DNA of 63,120 nucleotides, the filler included, from Choristocarpus tenellus KU-1152 (lineage: Eukaryota; Protista; Phaeophyceae), in assembly GCA_964200185.2 (NCBI GenBank). It is 10 parts of 10 records of this genome, joined end to end, with 100 filler letters (N's around TTAATTAATTAA, not from the genome) between each part and the next. Parts side by side here need not be neighbours in the genome. Positions count along the whole stretch, not along the records: positions 23,289 to 29,233 come from CAXNAD020009348.1; positions 29,334 to 32,046 come from CAXNAD020025383.1; positions 32,147 to 49,979 come from CAXNAD020000623.1; 7 more parts are not named here. The stretch is one strand, 5' to 3'. The notes under the pieces were generated by a model. The model was not told the DNA's origin. It was given only the letters and a program-made list of their open reading frames with translations, and did no database searches. The translations under genes were made by a program, and so were the position numbers. Position 1 is the first letter of the stretch. The number at the start of each line of letters is the position of its first letter. Positions 26,601 to 40,800 of this stretch are shown here, piece after piece.

Positions 26601-27250
26601 GCCTATATTTGTTTACTATATGTGTACATCAAATTACTATTCATTTTGTCCCTGATGGGTGTGGTTGGGTGTGAAGGTGAAGGTTAGGGTTAGTGTTAGT
26701 GTTAGAGCAAGATATAACACCTCCACCTTAGTGTTAGGGTTAGGACATGATGTAACACCTGTACCTTCCTCATCTTGATAAATGTAGTGGGATATTGTGG
26801 TACACCCCTTAAGATCATATAATTATTATTATTATTATTGTTACTAGTGTTATTGTTAATACTATTATTATTTTATATTGTTTATTTAGCATGTTGTAAC
26901 ATGTCTGGATATGTTGTCAAGGCATTGTACTCCTTCCATCTCTAGTGCATCATTCCAGTTCATGTTTTGAGTACGGTGTATGTCGTGTTGTATGTCGTGT
27001 TATATGTCATGTTATATGTGTTTTATGTTAACTTGTGCTGTTGATGTTAGGGTTAGGGTTAGCAGTATTTTTTTACTATGCACATCTGTTGCTATGTAAG
27101 ATTACAGGGGGTGTTTTATCTCAACAAATCTTCTGATGTCAACCCTAAACCTAACCCTAACCAGATAAATGAGATATTGGAGTTCCCCCAAAACCCGTTT
27201 GAGCTACTTGTCAGTGCTGTGGAGAACACAAGGAGCCACTGCATGTTCAG
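23700..27250 (+). CDS. WD40-repeat protein, three internal exons (partial)
   Basis: Exons 23700-23832, 25080-25277, 27165-27250 are phase-compatible: PAYAVAW..LVSGGDDRRVVIW..|VLHEEHTSGVRGL..VVSCGIDGRIMSYD..|INEILEFPQNPFELLVS. Confidence 0.75.
25296..25436. repeat. 31-bp minisatellite (GATTGGTTGGCGTGATTGGTTTGTGTAAAGG) x ~4.5
   Basis: Read directly; starts just after a splice donor. Confidence 0.9.
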
Positions 27251-29333
27251 GTGAACTGAATTGCAGCCCTAACCAAAACCTTAATCCTAACCCTATGAGC
27301 ACAAATATGTTTAGGTGAATTGAATTGTAACCCTATCCCTAGCTCTAACCCTAGCTCTGAAGAGAACAAACGAATTTTCAAGATAAGGCATGACTTGGTA
27401 GATAGAATTCTTCTCCTGTGGTTGGTACTTGCTAGCCCTAACCCTAACCCTGGATCTCAATAGCAATAATGCCCTACTTGTACGGGTTAGGGTTAGGGTT
27501 TGGGTGTACAGTCTGGGCTGGTGTATCCCTGGAGTCCTGCATCCTAAGGCCTAACCCTATCCCTAACCCTAACTTTATGGTGTTGTGACTGCATTTGATG
27601 TGGTGTTGTTATTGAAATGCTAATTAATGAGTGCCTCACACTGGTTATACAGGCTTAGAACATTCTTGTTTTTTGTTTTTTTTGAGGTAGGACACCTCAA
27701 CATCACATCACATCACACACAGTTGACAGTTGACAGTTGACTACCTAGTAGACCTATCATGTAGTGGTAGACCTATCATCTAACCCTAACCCTATTACCT
27801 GGTAGTAGGCCTCGAGGTGTGAATGTATGATATGCAGAGAAAAGATGGGTTCATTCTCAAGTCAGCTTCACACTTAAACAGTGGCAGGCGTTTTTTTCTA
27901 AATTGGTACTCCTGTAGCTGCTGCCCTAACCTTATGCATCTACCAAGCCTGGTACACAGTAGTGTGTGTGTTAGGGTTAGGGTTAGGGCTAAGTTCCTTT
28001 TTAGTGTTTTGATTGAAAGCACTTACGGGTAGGAGTTAAATCGACTCATTTTTTTTCCATGTGTATAGATAGTAATAATAATAATAATAATAAACATGCA
28101 GCATATTTTTTAGAGGAGAGAAGGATTTATTTTATTTTTTTGAAGGGTACGCAAAACGTTTCCGTGAGAATTAGGGTTAGGGTTAGGGTTCCTGGTGTTC
28201 ACGAAGAAGAGGAGAGTCGTTTTTTTCATGTTGTGGGTGTGGGTGTGAGAGGGTGGCGTGGAGTTATAGGTGACTGTGGTGTAGGTGTTGTCAGGGTTAG
28301 GGTTAATAACTCTAACGGCCATACCACGCAGATTGCACCACATCCCTTCTAGTAAACTCTGTGAAGTTAAGCTGCGTCGGGCCGGGCTAGTACTACGGTG
28401 GGGGACCACATGGGAAGCCCCTGTGCTGTTTGTTTTTTTATTTACGTCTCTTACCACTCGCATCGTCTTTTTACCTGTATAGTAATAATATAGAGCCTCG
28501 AGGCGTGCGAATCGCTCAGTTCTGCGAGCGGAGCGGATGTTGTCATTTAACTCTTTTAAAAATTGATGAGTTCCTAACTTGTTGAATTTTTTTGTTTTGT
28601 TTTGGATTACTCGACAAACTATAGCTACAAAACTGTGTAGCTATTCTGAGTGGGGGTCCATTTTGTGTGTGCATCTTTACAACATTAACTTGTTGAAATT
28701 TGTTAACCCTAACTCTAACCCTACACATGTCACATCCCGTCAAGATAATAACTTTATGCTTATTTGCATTGAGGTTAGGGTTAGGTTTGGGGTCATTGAC
28801 GAGGAAGAGTAAGTGTTGATTTTGCTCATTTAGGGTTAGGGTTAGGGTTAAAGTTAGAGTTGTATATATATGTATGTCACATGTCCATCTCACTTCACAT
28901 TAATTGCTTGATGTGGGGTTGTAGAATATGATGCATAATATGAACTTTGCAGTCCTAACCCTAATTCCTCACTTGATCCGGTATGGACTATTCAATTGAG
29001 AAACATATAAATAATTTATTTTCACAAGATTTTCCCCCACGTGGACCTTGCATGACTTACAGTTGCAGTGTAGGTGACTAACCCTAATACTCTTTTACAT
29101 AAATTTTCCTGTAACAGTTTTTTGTTCTCTTTTTCTTTTTTTTTGTGTGGGTGGGGGGGGGGGGGTACTTTATACTTAATGGTATATAATGCAGGCTGGA
29201 TAGGCGGGCCCCCCCCTCTCATGATTCAAGAACNNNNNNNNNNNNNNNNNNNNNNNNNNNNNNNNNNNNNNNNNNNNTTAATTAATTAANNNNNNNNNNN
29301 NNNNNNNNNNNNNNNNNNNNNNNNNNNNNNNNN

Positions 29334-29471
29334 GTGTCCTTTTGGACCAAAATCAGGAAAAGTGCATTTACATTATCCATCCGACGTGTGCAATCATATC
29401 ACCCAAAAATCGCGACATGAAAAAAATGACCCCAATTGACAGCCGCCACCCCCTCCCAGATACTTTGAGTC
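29334..29471 (-). mobile_element. MITE family B, partial copy at contig start
   Basis: Reverse complement of 17057-17195, ending CCCCCTCCCAGATACTTTGAGTC. Confidence 0.8.
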
Positions 29472-31732
29472 AGTTGAGCGGCTGAAAGCATTATTGTTAT
29501 CATTATCATGTTTCACGCGGTGGGCTCACATATCTTGCCAATCACAAACCCCTTTCATTCTGACTGAAGAAAAAAACACACCTCAATTGTGTAGTTGGAT
29601 GTCAGAGTCATCCGGCAAAATAGCATTATACAGCCCGCTTTAGGATGAGGAATACCTTGACATGTTGAATATTTGTGGAGGGAGATAAATTATCTAGTCC
29701 ATGACACACCAGACAAAGGAGCAGCACACACACACACATCCTTGCGTGTTTCTTTCCTCGTTTGTTGTACTCCGTATGATGTAGTACCCCTTCTGATAAT
29801 GACAAAAAACTACTTGTCGATTCATCACTACACGCCAAGCAGTGTGTAATGGTATGTTGAATAGCTTTGCACAGAAAAGGCTCGTCGCCAGAAGCTGATG
29901 ATTGAGTTACATGGTGAACATTGAATTATTAACAGTAGGTTATTCGATATGGTATTGCTGAGCAGTCAATATCATAGTATAGCCCCAAAGGAAGTTGGGG
30001 TTGGGGATAGGGGTACATAGTACCTTCCTGCACACAAGGTGTCGATTGAGAAGCTGTTGGAATCATGTATATTGAGAACTTGGTTGCCCATTTTCAACAG
30101 CTGAAACGTATCGCCTCACCCCCCAACTTGGCGAGCACTTAGAAAACTCTCCCACCACTACTTCATGATTCATGACCTCGTTGCAAGTTTGTTGTGTGGA
30201 GTTGTTGTGAGGATCAATGTTCCTTCCGCCCATCAAAATGTTCACTTTTTGAGGTATCCTTCCATGTGCAACCCTCAACTCTCAAAAAGCATCATATCTG
30301 CATGAATACTGCGAATTTCACCTTGATTGCAGGAGGTACGGCTCTACTGCATCCATTCCTCATGCATGCCCTTCAAGTCGGCATGTCCGTGCTGCAGTGT
30401 TTAAGTCTAGGAAATGGTTGATGGTGACTACACACACGTAATAAGTGTTACTTCTTGAGAAGAATTGATCGTTCTACGAAAGAGATTCAAATAGAATATT
30501 ACAAGAAGGTTCAATTTAAAAAATGGTTATAACCTGACATAGAAGGGTAGTTGTATGTGTGAGGGTGAAATGAAGACAGAATCCTCCGGTATTTGCATTC
30601 ATACAATCATTTCCCCCCCCCCTCTACCTACTGCACTACATGTCGTTTATTGTGCCTACTAGCCACTGGCAATCCAAAAACAGTGTAAACCCTGGATTGA
30701 CCCTCTGAAGAAACAAAAAACGTTTGCATGTATATGGATCATGCAGACCTAAGCAACAGACAATTCCTCTCAGATGAGAGAAAGAGAGAGTGAGAGAGCA
30801 GATCTGCCATGAACATGTACCATAAAATTAAATTAGATGTTTGTGAGGTGTATGGGTTTTGTGGGATAGTTCGTGTCCAGGTTTTCTACCTTTTTGGTAC
30901 AATAAATAATAATATGGTTCGGAAAATATAGAATGATCTGTCTCATCTACTAATACCTGTTTGTATAAAGTGTTCACTCATAACTATGGTTTGGCTCTGC
31001 GCAAGTTGAGGGACCCTTGGGTATATAACAACAGGCATATGTAGTCCAGAATATCACTACTCAAGTATAATGATAGAGCATCCACGTCGGCAGTAAAGGC
31101 CCAGGTTGTGGTGGCATGTTTTCTGGAGCCAGTTTTGCTCAGGAAACCTCCTTTCAGTCTACTTCGAAAAACATGAGATACAATACTTTTCCACATCTGC
31201 TTTGAAGGAGATAAGATCCATACTTCGAAGTACAAGTACGCAATAACATGATATTTACCTGCTACGCAGTACAGTAGTAGAAGGTGGATTGAAATAATCC
31301 GAAAACGCAAATGACTGCATAGCAAGTTGCGACCATGGACTCACAGAATGTGGAATAAGTATCATAAACAAGGTAAAATCGTCAATTTGACGCAATTTGC
31401 TGACACATCATGCAACACCACCCCTATTTTAGAAAAGCTACAGAATGAGGTAGAATATAGTACAGCAACTGCAGAGAGAGGCACTGCAGCCTGTAGATTA
31501 AACATACGTCTCTCTGAACTCACATAAAGCACTGTACCCATAGACCAATATCATCACCATTCCCAACTACACAACCAATATCATCATCACACTCACACCC
31601 CTATTTAGAAATTATTGTTGTTTTTTATCTTGCAAAGCTGTTATTGACAATCTAAAATTGTACGCAGGGGTGGCGTGGCCATTCACCTATGTAAGGCCAC
31701 TAGTATCATGCTAGGACCCCCTCGTTCGTCCA

Positions 31733-32046
31733 CACCACCACCCCATTAATCGGACACTACACTCTCTTTTTCCCCACTATCATCCCCAGAGGGAGGATCT
31801 TCTCCCATCCTTTGAGCACCTCTCTCCCAACTCGACCCCTACAACTCCTACTACCTAAAACCCCTGTCGCATCTGATCCACCTCCACCTTCATTTCTGCA
31901 CCACCGCTAGTCACCCTCCCACTACTAACAACTGTAGATCTGACAGTTCCGTAACCCCCACCCCTATCCCCACCACCACCCCATTAATCGGACACTACAC
32001 TCTCTTTTTCCCCACTATCATCCCCAGAGGGAGGATCTTCTCCCAT
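31733..32046. repeat. 76-bp direct repeat, 238-bp period, truncated by contig end
   Basis: CACCACCACCCCATTAATCGGACAC..GATCTTCTCCCAT at 31733-31808 and 31971-32046. Confidence 0.9.
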
Positions 32047-32217
32047 NNNNNNNNNNNNNNNNNNNNNNNNNNNNNNNNNNNNNNNNNNNNTTAATTAATT
32101 AANNNNNNNNNNNNNNNNNNNNNNNNNNNNNNNNNNNNNNNNNNNNGCCCATCACCTATCTCTCCTCTTCCTCATCCTGCAGCACCAAATATTTCCTCAT
32201 CTGGTCCCCATATCCCT

Positions 32218-35200
32218 GTGACTTGGGGAGTTGGCAGGGCAGGATGGTGGAATGACTACCGCAGGCATGGAGCACTTCCGGGTGGTGGTGGTGGTGGTGG
32301 GCTGTTGGCTTTTGGATCTCCAGGACCAGGGCAGGGAGAGGTGCAGAGGCCTATTGATAGGTACGGGTCAGGGGAAGGCGCCTTTTGGCAGACAGCAGGA
32401 GGCCCACACCCTGACAAGTTTATGGAAAGATCAAGTGTGTCACCCCAAACCCTTAATACTTGTTATGGCTTGGGTAACTCTGGACAGCGGGGTGAGAGGG
32501 ACTCGGTTGTTGACTTCTGCAGAGGGGTAGGTTTGAGCTCAAGGGGTTCTGATGCTCCTCCGCATGTCCTCAGAAGTGGAGATAGTCGCAACAGGGGTGG
32601 CTTTGTAGTTACCAGTGCTGCCATGGGTAGAAGTGGTGAGGTGGAGAAGAGGAGGGAGGGTGGCAATGAGAGGATGGGAGAGTGCAGGAGGAGGGAGAAG
32701 GTGAGTGGTTCAGTGCTTGTGGTGGCTGAGCAGGCAGCGGTGGAATGTGCAAATGCAACCGAATGCCTTGTTCAGGAAGGAAGACAAAGGTTATCTCTTG
32801 AGTTGAAGGAGGAGAGATCAAGGAATAAGGATCAAGAACGTCGTAGAGAGGGGAAGAGGCAGCAAGAGAGAGAGGCAAGTATGTTGGGGAGGGTGGGGAG
32901 AATGTGATGATACCAGCTAAGATTCATGCTTATTTGAGGTATTTGAGACCTTGGGCAGAGGTTAAAATACCAAAAAACATGTTGGATATTTGCAACTAAA
33001 GTAGTTGCTGTTAGGTTGCAATCTTTCATACCTCAGATTCTGTGTCTTGTAGCTTGATTTTTATTTTAGTAGAATATTTGCAATGAGTACCACTAACCAT
33101 TGTGGAAGCCTCTCTCTCCCCCCACTATCTTACCCTGCTTGACATCACCACACTACGATGGCATCAATTTTTGTGGACCTGTTATTTGTAGAGAAGTCAA
33201 ATAATGTTTAAAGCGACCTTTAATCCTTCTTGATGTGGCCAACAATGGTTGCATTGAAGAAATAAATAAAGCAGAAACACACTCCATGCTCTCTGTCTTC
33301 TGTTCTGTGCCTTCAAAACTACTATATAGTTATTTATGATGTGCGAGGATACTCAGACAGTGCTTCCATATGTGATACCAATCTGTGGGAAGGGACAAAG
33401 AAATTCTGTTTGAATAGGATGCAGTAGCATGTTAGGACAGGGTATTTAGATCGTGACTTTAAAAGAGGGTATATTATGTAGTGGTTTCATGTCACCTGTT
33501 GATACTGACCTCTTCCTTTTTATTGTGACTCATTTTCCAGGAGGAACAACAGAGACGAGAGCAAGAGGAGGTGGAATCCATGCGGCAACGTCTTGCCAAG
33601 GAGGAGGAGAGAGTTGCCACGGAGAGGGAGGCAAGAAGGGAAGCTGAAGATCGATGGAGACTTGAGGAAGAGAAGGAGGTCAGAGATAGCAGGGAGGAGG
33701 AGGGTTTGGAGGAGAAGCAGATGGGGACTGAGATAAAGGTGGGAGAGAGGGAAAAAACAGAAAGGAGGTTGAGAATGGAGGAAAAGGAGATGAGAAAGAG
33801 GATGGGGGTGGAAGTGGAGGCGGAGGTGAAAAAGAGGGAGATAGGGTTTGTGAAGGAGAGGAGTATCAGGGAGATGGAGACGGAGGAAGATGATAATGCA
33901 GAAGACAGAGACCAAGCCTTGCCAGCACTAATAGTGAAGGAAGATATGGGTGTGGAGGTGGAGGAAACCGTGGATGAAACCATGTTCACACTGATGCCAT
34001 CGCGGGATTTGCAATGCAAGAACGACCTATCTGATATAGGTGGAGGTGAGGGTGACAGGATTCAATCCCATCACAGTCTTGGTTTGGGTGGTGAAAGGAA
34101 GGTGAATTTGGAGTCGCTGCTTCAGCAGAATGGCAATGTCACCAGTGAGGAGAAAGATGAGAAGAAAGAATCAGAGTCTAGTCTAGAAGTTTCAAAAATG
34201 GGACCAGAATATTCAAGGAAGAGAGATAATGATGCGGCAGAAATGGAGCTTTTGATGCCAGCAGACATGAATGCTGGGACTAGAGTGGAGGATGGGTCTG
34301 GGAAAGGTAGTTATGGTGATGCAGCTACTGTACGTGATGGTAACAAACCTATTTCTTTACCAGAAGGACTGGAGGGAGGACTCGTGACAGTGCCTGAGGA
34401 GGAACACTCACTGCCCAACCATTTGGACTTACCCTCATCTGCAGAAAGCGTCAGAAGGGACAATGTGAGAGGAGTGTCTAGGAGATGTAGAGGTAATCTA
34501 TGCAACCATCTGGGCATATTTGTGATGAATATATACTATATGTGAATGTGACTGAAGATACCTGTGTTAGCAATACCCATCTGCCATGCATACAACCAAG
34601 TGACCTGGTGTTTGTGTGAGTATGTATGTAGAAGTGAAGACTGCGCCTATATCTCATTCTCATTGCTAACTGTTTTCCCTTTTTATTTGCTTCAATAACC
34701 ATGTTGGGCAATATTATAGTTTCCCACTTCTGCTGCTTGCTCCCATCTTCAACATACCCTCCTAGGGAGCATTCCAGGTTACTAGTACCGCAAATAGCCT
34801 CCATGAGGCCCAGTGTCCTCCTTGTGTGGTTCCTCCTGTGGTCAAGACTGCAGATAAAGAAGTGGAGGAGTGCCGTGAGCGGATCCGGCAGCGGCGCCAT
34901 AAACAAGATGTTTCAAATGCTACAGTTGCAGTGGCAACCCAAGAGAGAGAGAGAGAGGATCAATACTATCAAGGAGGTTCGAGGGGGAGTGCCCAGAGCA
35001 TCAGTGACTTGTCTTTTGAGTCAGACATTGAGGCGGGGGGTGCTGCAGAGAGGTGATGGTTGACCTGAGATGTTCAGTCTGAGAGGTTTCTTGTACCTTT
35101 GACATGAAAGTGGAAAGGGGTGCTTGTCAGTTGGTCTATTGAGGGATGAGTTGGTGTTTACTCTTGTGGTTGGATATAGAGTTTGTTTTGATTTCTCCCC

Positions 35201-36483
35201 TGATTGTCATATATGTTGTGGTGAATGGTTAGACCTTGGCACAGTTGTAGTCGCAGTCTGTTTTAAGTACTCAGAGTATATATAAAGGACAACATCTGAG
35301 CTATGATGCAATACATTCATCTGTTTGATTGTCAATATAATCTAGATTCACCAAAAGAACTCGCCGTTTGTACAAAAATATGATCCAAGTTGTGTTTGCA
35401 GGCAAGCAACTTTGAAATTTCAAGCAAATGGTACACTAAGTGTTATCAGAAAATGAGCAAGTAGTGCTTGCTATTTCTACGATATTTTAGCAGGTGGCCA
35501 TGAATACACGGTATATATTTATATATTTATATAGTGTTATGAAAGACTAGGGCTCTATAAGCCAAGCATTTATATTTTCGTGAATGTGTTGAACAGTGCC
35601 ACACGGAACAAATCGAAGAGTTGAATGTGCCATAGGTACTGTTGCAATACTGCAAGTGGTTGAATTGCCGTTACACTGTGTGTGCATGGGGCTAGAAGCA
35701 AGGGTTTCACGTATGACAGACTGAGTGTGGAGTACTCCTGACTTCATGTAATGTTCATGCATAGGATCATAATCTCATTATCGATGCTCTAGTCTGGAGT
35801 GTGCTTCATGTCCAATGCATCTAATTCTACTACTTGTTGGGGAAGTCCTACTACAAGGTGTTTTGACTTGTTTTCCACCCAAATGCATACCTTTCCACGT
35901 GCATAAAAACACTGTAGTACTACATAGTCTGTTCTCCAATTTTTGGCACTGAATGGGGACAACAAAATGGCTGTGAATTGTTTTCTTTATCTTTGTAGAC
36001 AGATTACAGAAAAGCTGAGTTCTGTTTGTCCATTGAAATGGCTCAGGTTGTCTATTCTTGTTTTAGTAGATATTCTACTGCTTAACTCTTTGTGCCAGTT
36101 CAAGTTAACATTTTTTTTTTACTGCGTGCTCTGTATTTATCACAATGGATTAGAAGTGTATGACCCTCTTACCCCCCTTCATTCAAACAAATCAACTCGA
36201 TCATTTTTTGAGGCCACCACTATGCCATTTGGTGAAGACTATGCCCACAACCCACCCACTGTTTCTGTATTCCAGTGCCTCCAGCAAAATTGACGAGGAC
36301 AATGGCAGGAGGGGTGACAACAACATCCGCAGTGAAGGTTCAGCATCCTTCTCAGTGGCCACCAATATGGATACTCGTAGCGGTAACGGTGTCCATGAGA
36401 CTGGGGCAGGGGCTGGACGTAAAGGATGGGCCACAGATGATGTGGCAAGCACTTCTGGTGGTAGTGACAATGACTGGTTTTGA
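32218..36483 (+). CDS. Unknown Glu/Arg-rich coiled-coil protein, 3' exons (partial; 5' boundary approximate)
   Basis: Exons ~32218-32892, 33541-34492, 34854-35052, 36276-36483 join in frame at GT-AG sites and end ..GGSDNDWF*. No family recognised. Confidence 0.7.
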
Positions 36484-37817
36484 AGTCAGCTGTAGAATCG
36501 TTTGGGTGCCAAATACTATTCTGTAATGTGATTGCCTTTGTTAGAGAGAGATTTGCACTGGCTGTTTTTTTGTTTTGTTTTTCCTGCCCACGTTTATGGC
36601 AGAAGAAAACAGCCATGGAGACGTGTATATACGTGAAGCTCAATCCAGTAGTAAAGGCAACAAATTTGTAGTGCTGGCCTAAGATGTGGATGTGTTGACA
36701 GGTGCGAGGTTTTGTCTTCACCTTGTTTTCTAAGATCTTAATGCAAGCAAAAGCATCCCCCACTCGACTCATAATCAACAGGGCATAGATCCCTAAAATG
36801 ACAATACTTACAGAGGCAAACACAGCATGCAAGGTTTTCACACTAAGCAATTTCTTGTCAATATTTTTCCCCCACAGAAATTGTCAACACAATTTTAGCA
36901 CATTTGAACCCTCGGATTATGTTTCCAACCTTATACTAGTGAAATGTTGGGAACTTGGTAAAAGTGGGTGGGCTAGGGGTTATCCCTAATGATATAAAGT
37001 GAGGAGTTCTATACCAAATTTGACAGCAAAATTGTTTTTCCAAATTCAGATTTAAAAATACATAATATTTCTCACAATACCAGCTATGCTCCTCCACATG
37101 TTTCTGTTGGAGATTCTCTCTGGACCCAATGCACCTCTTTCACTCTTTTTTTAAAACTAGTTCTTACTTTGTGTATATAGTTTCTCTAGTGTTGCAGACA
37201 TCATGACTGCGCTGCTGAAACTCATTAGCAATGGTGTGAAATCATGCATTTATAACTTTCCACTGTGTAATTCCTTTTTTGCAACATGCAGCAATAACAA
37301 AATGTGTCTAGTTGTTAGGAACAGCCCTAGGTCAAGGAACTTGTTCGTTGTTTCTCAATTTCTGTTTCTAGCTCTTATTTCTGATACTTCAAATGACTTT
37401 TGAATGAATAAAATTAAAAGGAAAGCGTGAAGGATTTGATTTGTTCACAACATACCATTTCCTACTAGTGTAGTTTTCATTTTCAGGATCGTCAGTTTTT
37501 GGCTGCCTGAAGTATCAGTGAAAACAGATACACTGCATCATAGTGGACTTTACTCAGTGACAAGAGTGCTCTATTATTGATGCTCTTTCGTTTGCGTAGG
37601 ATTTTTCCACACCACTGATGCTGAAACCTAAAGCTTCTTAGTCAACAACACTATCAGAACTACTTACAGCACGTTTAACATTACTAACCCTCCAACATGA
37701 ACTCCAGTACAACTTGCCTATGATAGTTCATTACTAGCAGACGAATCTTGTCTGTGATATACATTGCAAGTAAATAAGGAATTGGGTAGGGAGTTATAAC
37801 AGTGGCCTTCAGTGTAC

Positions 37818-40800
37818 TTAATACCCTTCCATGTACTGTCTCATTTGCGAAAGGCACATCTCTCGATGCCGGGCCTCTAGCCCCTCAACATAGTCCAGTA
37901 CTGAAGGCAAGTCAAAGTTCTCGAAAGCTTGCCCGCGTCCAAGCAGATCAGTGAGATCCTTGACCCCACTGGACACACTTGTAAGAACTCGAGCCTGGGC
38001 TGTTTGCAGAAGAGCAGTGACAAAGTACACCTAAGGGACAAGGTAAGAGTACCATGCCAGAATTCAGTTAAGCAAAATTGAGGCAGAGTGTAAGATTAGT
38101 GGATAGGAAAAGGGAAGATACACAGGTAGAAATGGTGTGCTTGTGGTGGGGGTATATTTGAAAGGACTTCTTGCAGAGTCAAGAATAAAAATCCCTAGCT
38201 ATTCCTACTTCAACAACTGCACATTGTATGTGCATGGAAAAGGAAGCCTACGGGTGCACGCTTACGCCCAGAAATCATGACCTAAACCCTCATGAATTGC
38301 CATGAGGAAGTGGTGTACACTGTTGATACCTGATAGTCTGGGCCACGAAGCATAGCTAGGGCAAGGTATGCAATCACGTCTGGCAAGTCCACCACTCCGA
38401 GCATACACTGGCTTATCCACCGCATGGCCAAAGGGGCCACAGCCCAACCTGCCTGTCGCAAGGCCTCTGAGAGAAGTGGAAGCTCCTCCATAACAATATC
38501 CTCTGTCAAGCTTGCCAGCACTAGGAGTGGGGGGTCGCCAAGTGCTGCCTCCAACCTTGCTAATACCACCTTGTCACTACCTTGTGGTAGTTCTGGTGCA
38601 ACCGTATTTGTAGAGGTAGGGGCTGCAGAAGCAATAACCTCAGATTTTACCGCTCTTCTTGTACCCAGCCAACCTGCCAATGGCCATACAAAGGGTGCTT
38701 GTGACCGTCCAGACAGATCGGAAAGCAGCATAGAGGCCATCACAGGGTCGCCCCCGCAGGCCAAGAAGATGGCAGCCGCAAACCAATCGCAGGAGTGTGC
38801 CCCACCCCCAGGGGGCATTGTCAATGCTGCTGCAGTTGCAAGCACCTCCCCCAATCCTTGTCGAAAGTTTTCATTAACATCAAAGTTGTTGAAGTTTAGG
38901 CCCCAGTCAATAGAACAAGTCTGTTTTTGTCTGGTGTCCTTACTGAAGCTGCAAGCATATCCATAGATGAGGTCTATCATTGAAGCCCACAAACTCCCTT
39001 CACTATGAGGGCTTAGCAATGGAAGAGGCAAGTCATTTGCCCCCTCACCTCTGCCTCCTTCCCACCCAGCCTCTGTCCACCTGTGTATTCTTCTCCTCTG
39101 GGATGGTAAGTGGGGCCAATCCCTCGCAGCTGAAGCACAAACAACCTTCCAGTGCGCACCACTTGTTCTTGACGGCACCTCACAGTGAAGAGGAGAGGTG
39201 TTATCTCTGCTTCTTACAGGTGAGGCAATAATGTGACGAATAGTTTCGCCAGCAGGAGTCCACCAATCCTCATTAGGTACGTTCCTTCCAGCAGATGCAA
39301 CGAAGGCCTCCACAGTGGGATCCTCCTGATACAATGGAGCCATTGGAGTTGATCCCAAGGTTTCACTTGTCCCCGGTCCAGTTCCAGAATTTTTCTTATG
39401 TCTTTCCCCTCCAACTCTTGCCTGGGTTGATACTCCTGCACATGCCTCAGCCTGCAGGAGTTGACTCAGTCGCACATGCTGTTCTTCAGCAGGCCCCCCC
39501 ATGCAGGTTAAAGCTACCACAAGACGTGATCTAGCAAGAGAGATTGGGTGCACCATGCAGTGATCACCAGCAGGCATTCTTGTCACATGGTTGGAATCCC
39601 CTCTGTCGTTGCAGTGGGTGCTGGTACTGCTGATTGAGTTGGTTTCATACCCCCCAGCTGTAGCTGACATGTGCGCTGGCCCCATGCTAAGCACCAGATC
39701 TGTGCCTAGAATTCCTTCCCCCTCAAGGAGTTTCTGGCTTAGTGACCACTCAGTCTGAAGGCCCACAACTGTTGTCAAATCGGTTGCCATATCAGCAGCC
39801 AGTCTCAGCCCAATGAGGTGCATATCCTCATTACTAAATCCAAGCACTGGATTTGGTTCACCCTTGTCACTTCGAAAGCTCCCCTGCTCTGCATCTTCTT
39901 TCCCATCTTCAGTCTTGCCTTGATCCAGTCCCAAGATCATCCCTCCCACTACCCACGATGTTAGCCATTCTAGCCCCCTACATACTTTGAAAGGCAGGGA
40001 GATCATGTCACGAAGAGAAGCTGCAGCAAACATCAGGTGCCTGGCACAGGAGAGACACCTTGGTTCCCCTTGTTGACTAAGGCCTGAGCTCTGTCCTGCC
40101 TTCCCTTCCCAACCCATTCGAGAGAAGATGCCACCATCACCAGCAGGCACTAAACCACTATAGCACCCTTCCTGCATGAGCTCTGGCAAGCCTCCACTAT
40201 CACCTAGGCGCTGGAAACCTTGCAAAATCTCCTTAATCAGACCCCCTGTTGACTCACTAGTATATTTGCAAAGCTCTTGAAGCCCCTCTGGGAATAGCGC
40301 CAATTGGCTAGCTATGGCAAACATCCCATAGTCTGGAGACTCTTCTTGATTTATGGGCCGCAAGTGTCGACGCTCTATCTCCTGGGAGAGGAAGCGTGCA
40401 CAGGGTCCTATCAGGCCATGCTGGCGAAGCAAGACTGTGCCATGAATATCTTGTGCCCACTCACACAAGGCCAAGAGAAGCCCTCGGCATCCAATGCGGG
40501 TATCTATATCCAAAATACCTAGCTCATGGCTGTTGCATAATTCTTGCACACTCTCCTCCTCACAGGGCCCATCTGAGGAGAGCATGCCTAGCAGAGGTGA
40601 CAGAGAACCTGGCACACCCTGCCTCCAAAGAGCCAGGCGGGCTGCATAGCGATGCGAGGGTGGGAGTCTGTGCAGTGGCGTCAGCGCACAGACTAAGCGC
40701 AATGCCAGGTCCCCTGCCATGTTTGGCGTTAAAAAGGAGAAGACGGGATGTCTCCCTTGTTCACCATTCTTGCCTCCACTGCCAGGAGTTGTCAGCCTGC

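Larger units (their letters stand above)
23360..29090. repeat. Dense interstitial telomere-type (TTAGGG)1-4 / (CCCTAA)1-4 motifs in both orientations
   Basis: Dozens of short GGGTTAGGGTTAG and CTAACCCTAACCC tracts scattered through the non-exonic parts of this contig. Confidence 0.95.

Noticed and set aside
27795-28893. ORFs with RVRVRV / NPNPNP / LTLTL runs
   Set aside because: These are translations of TTAGGG/CCCTAA tracts, not proteins.
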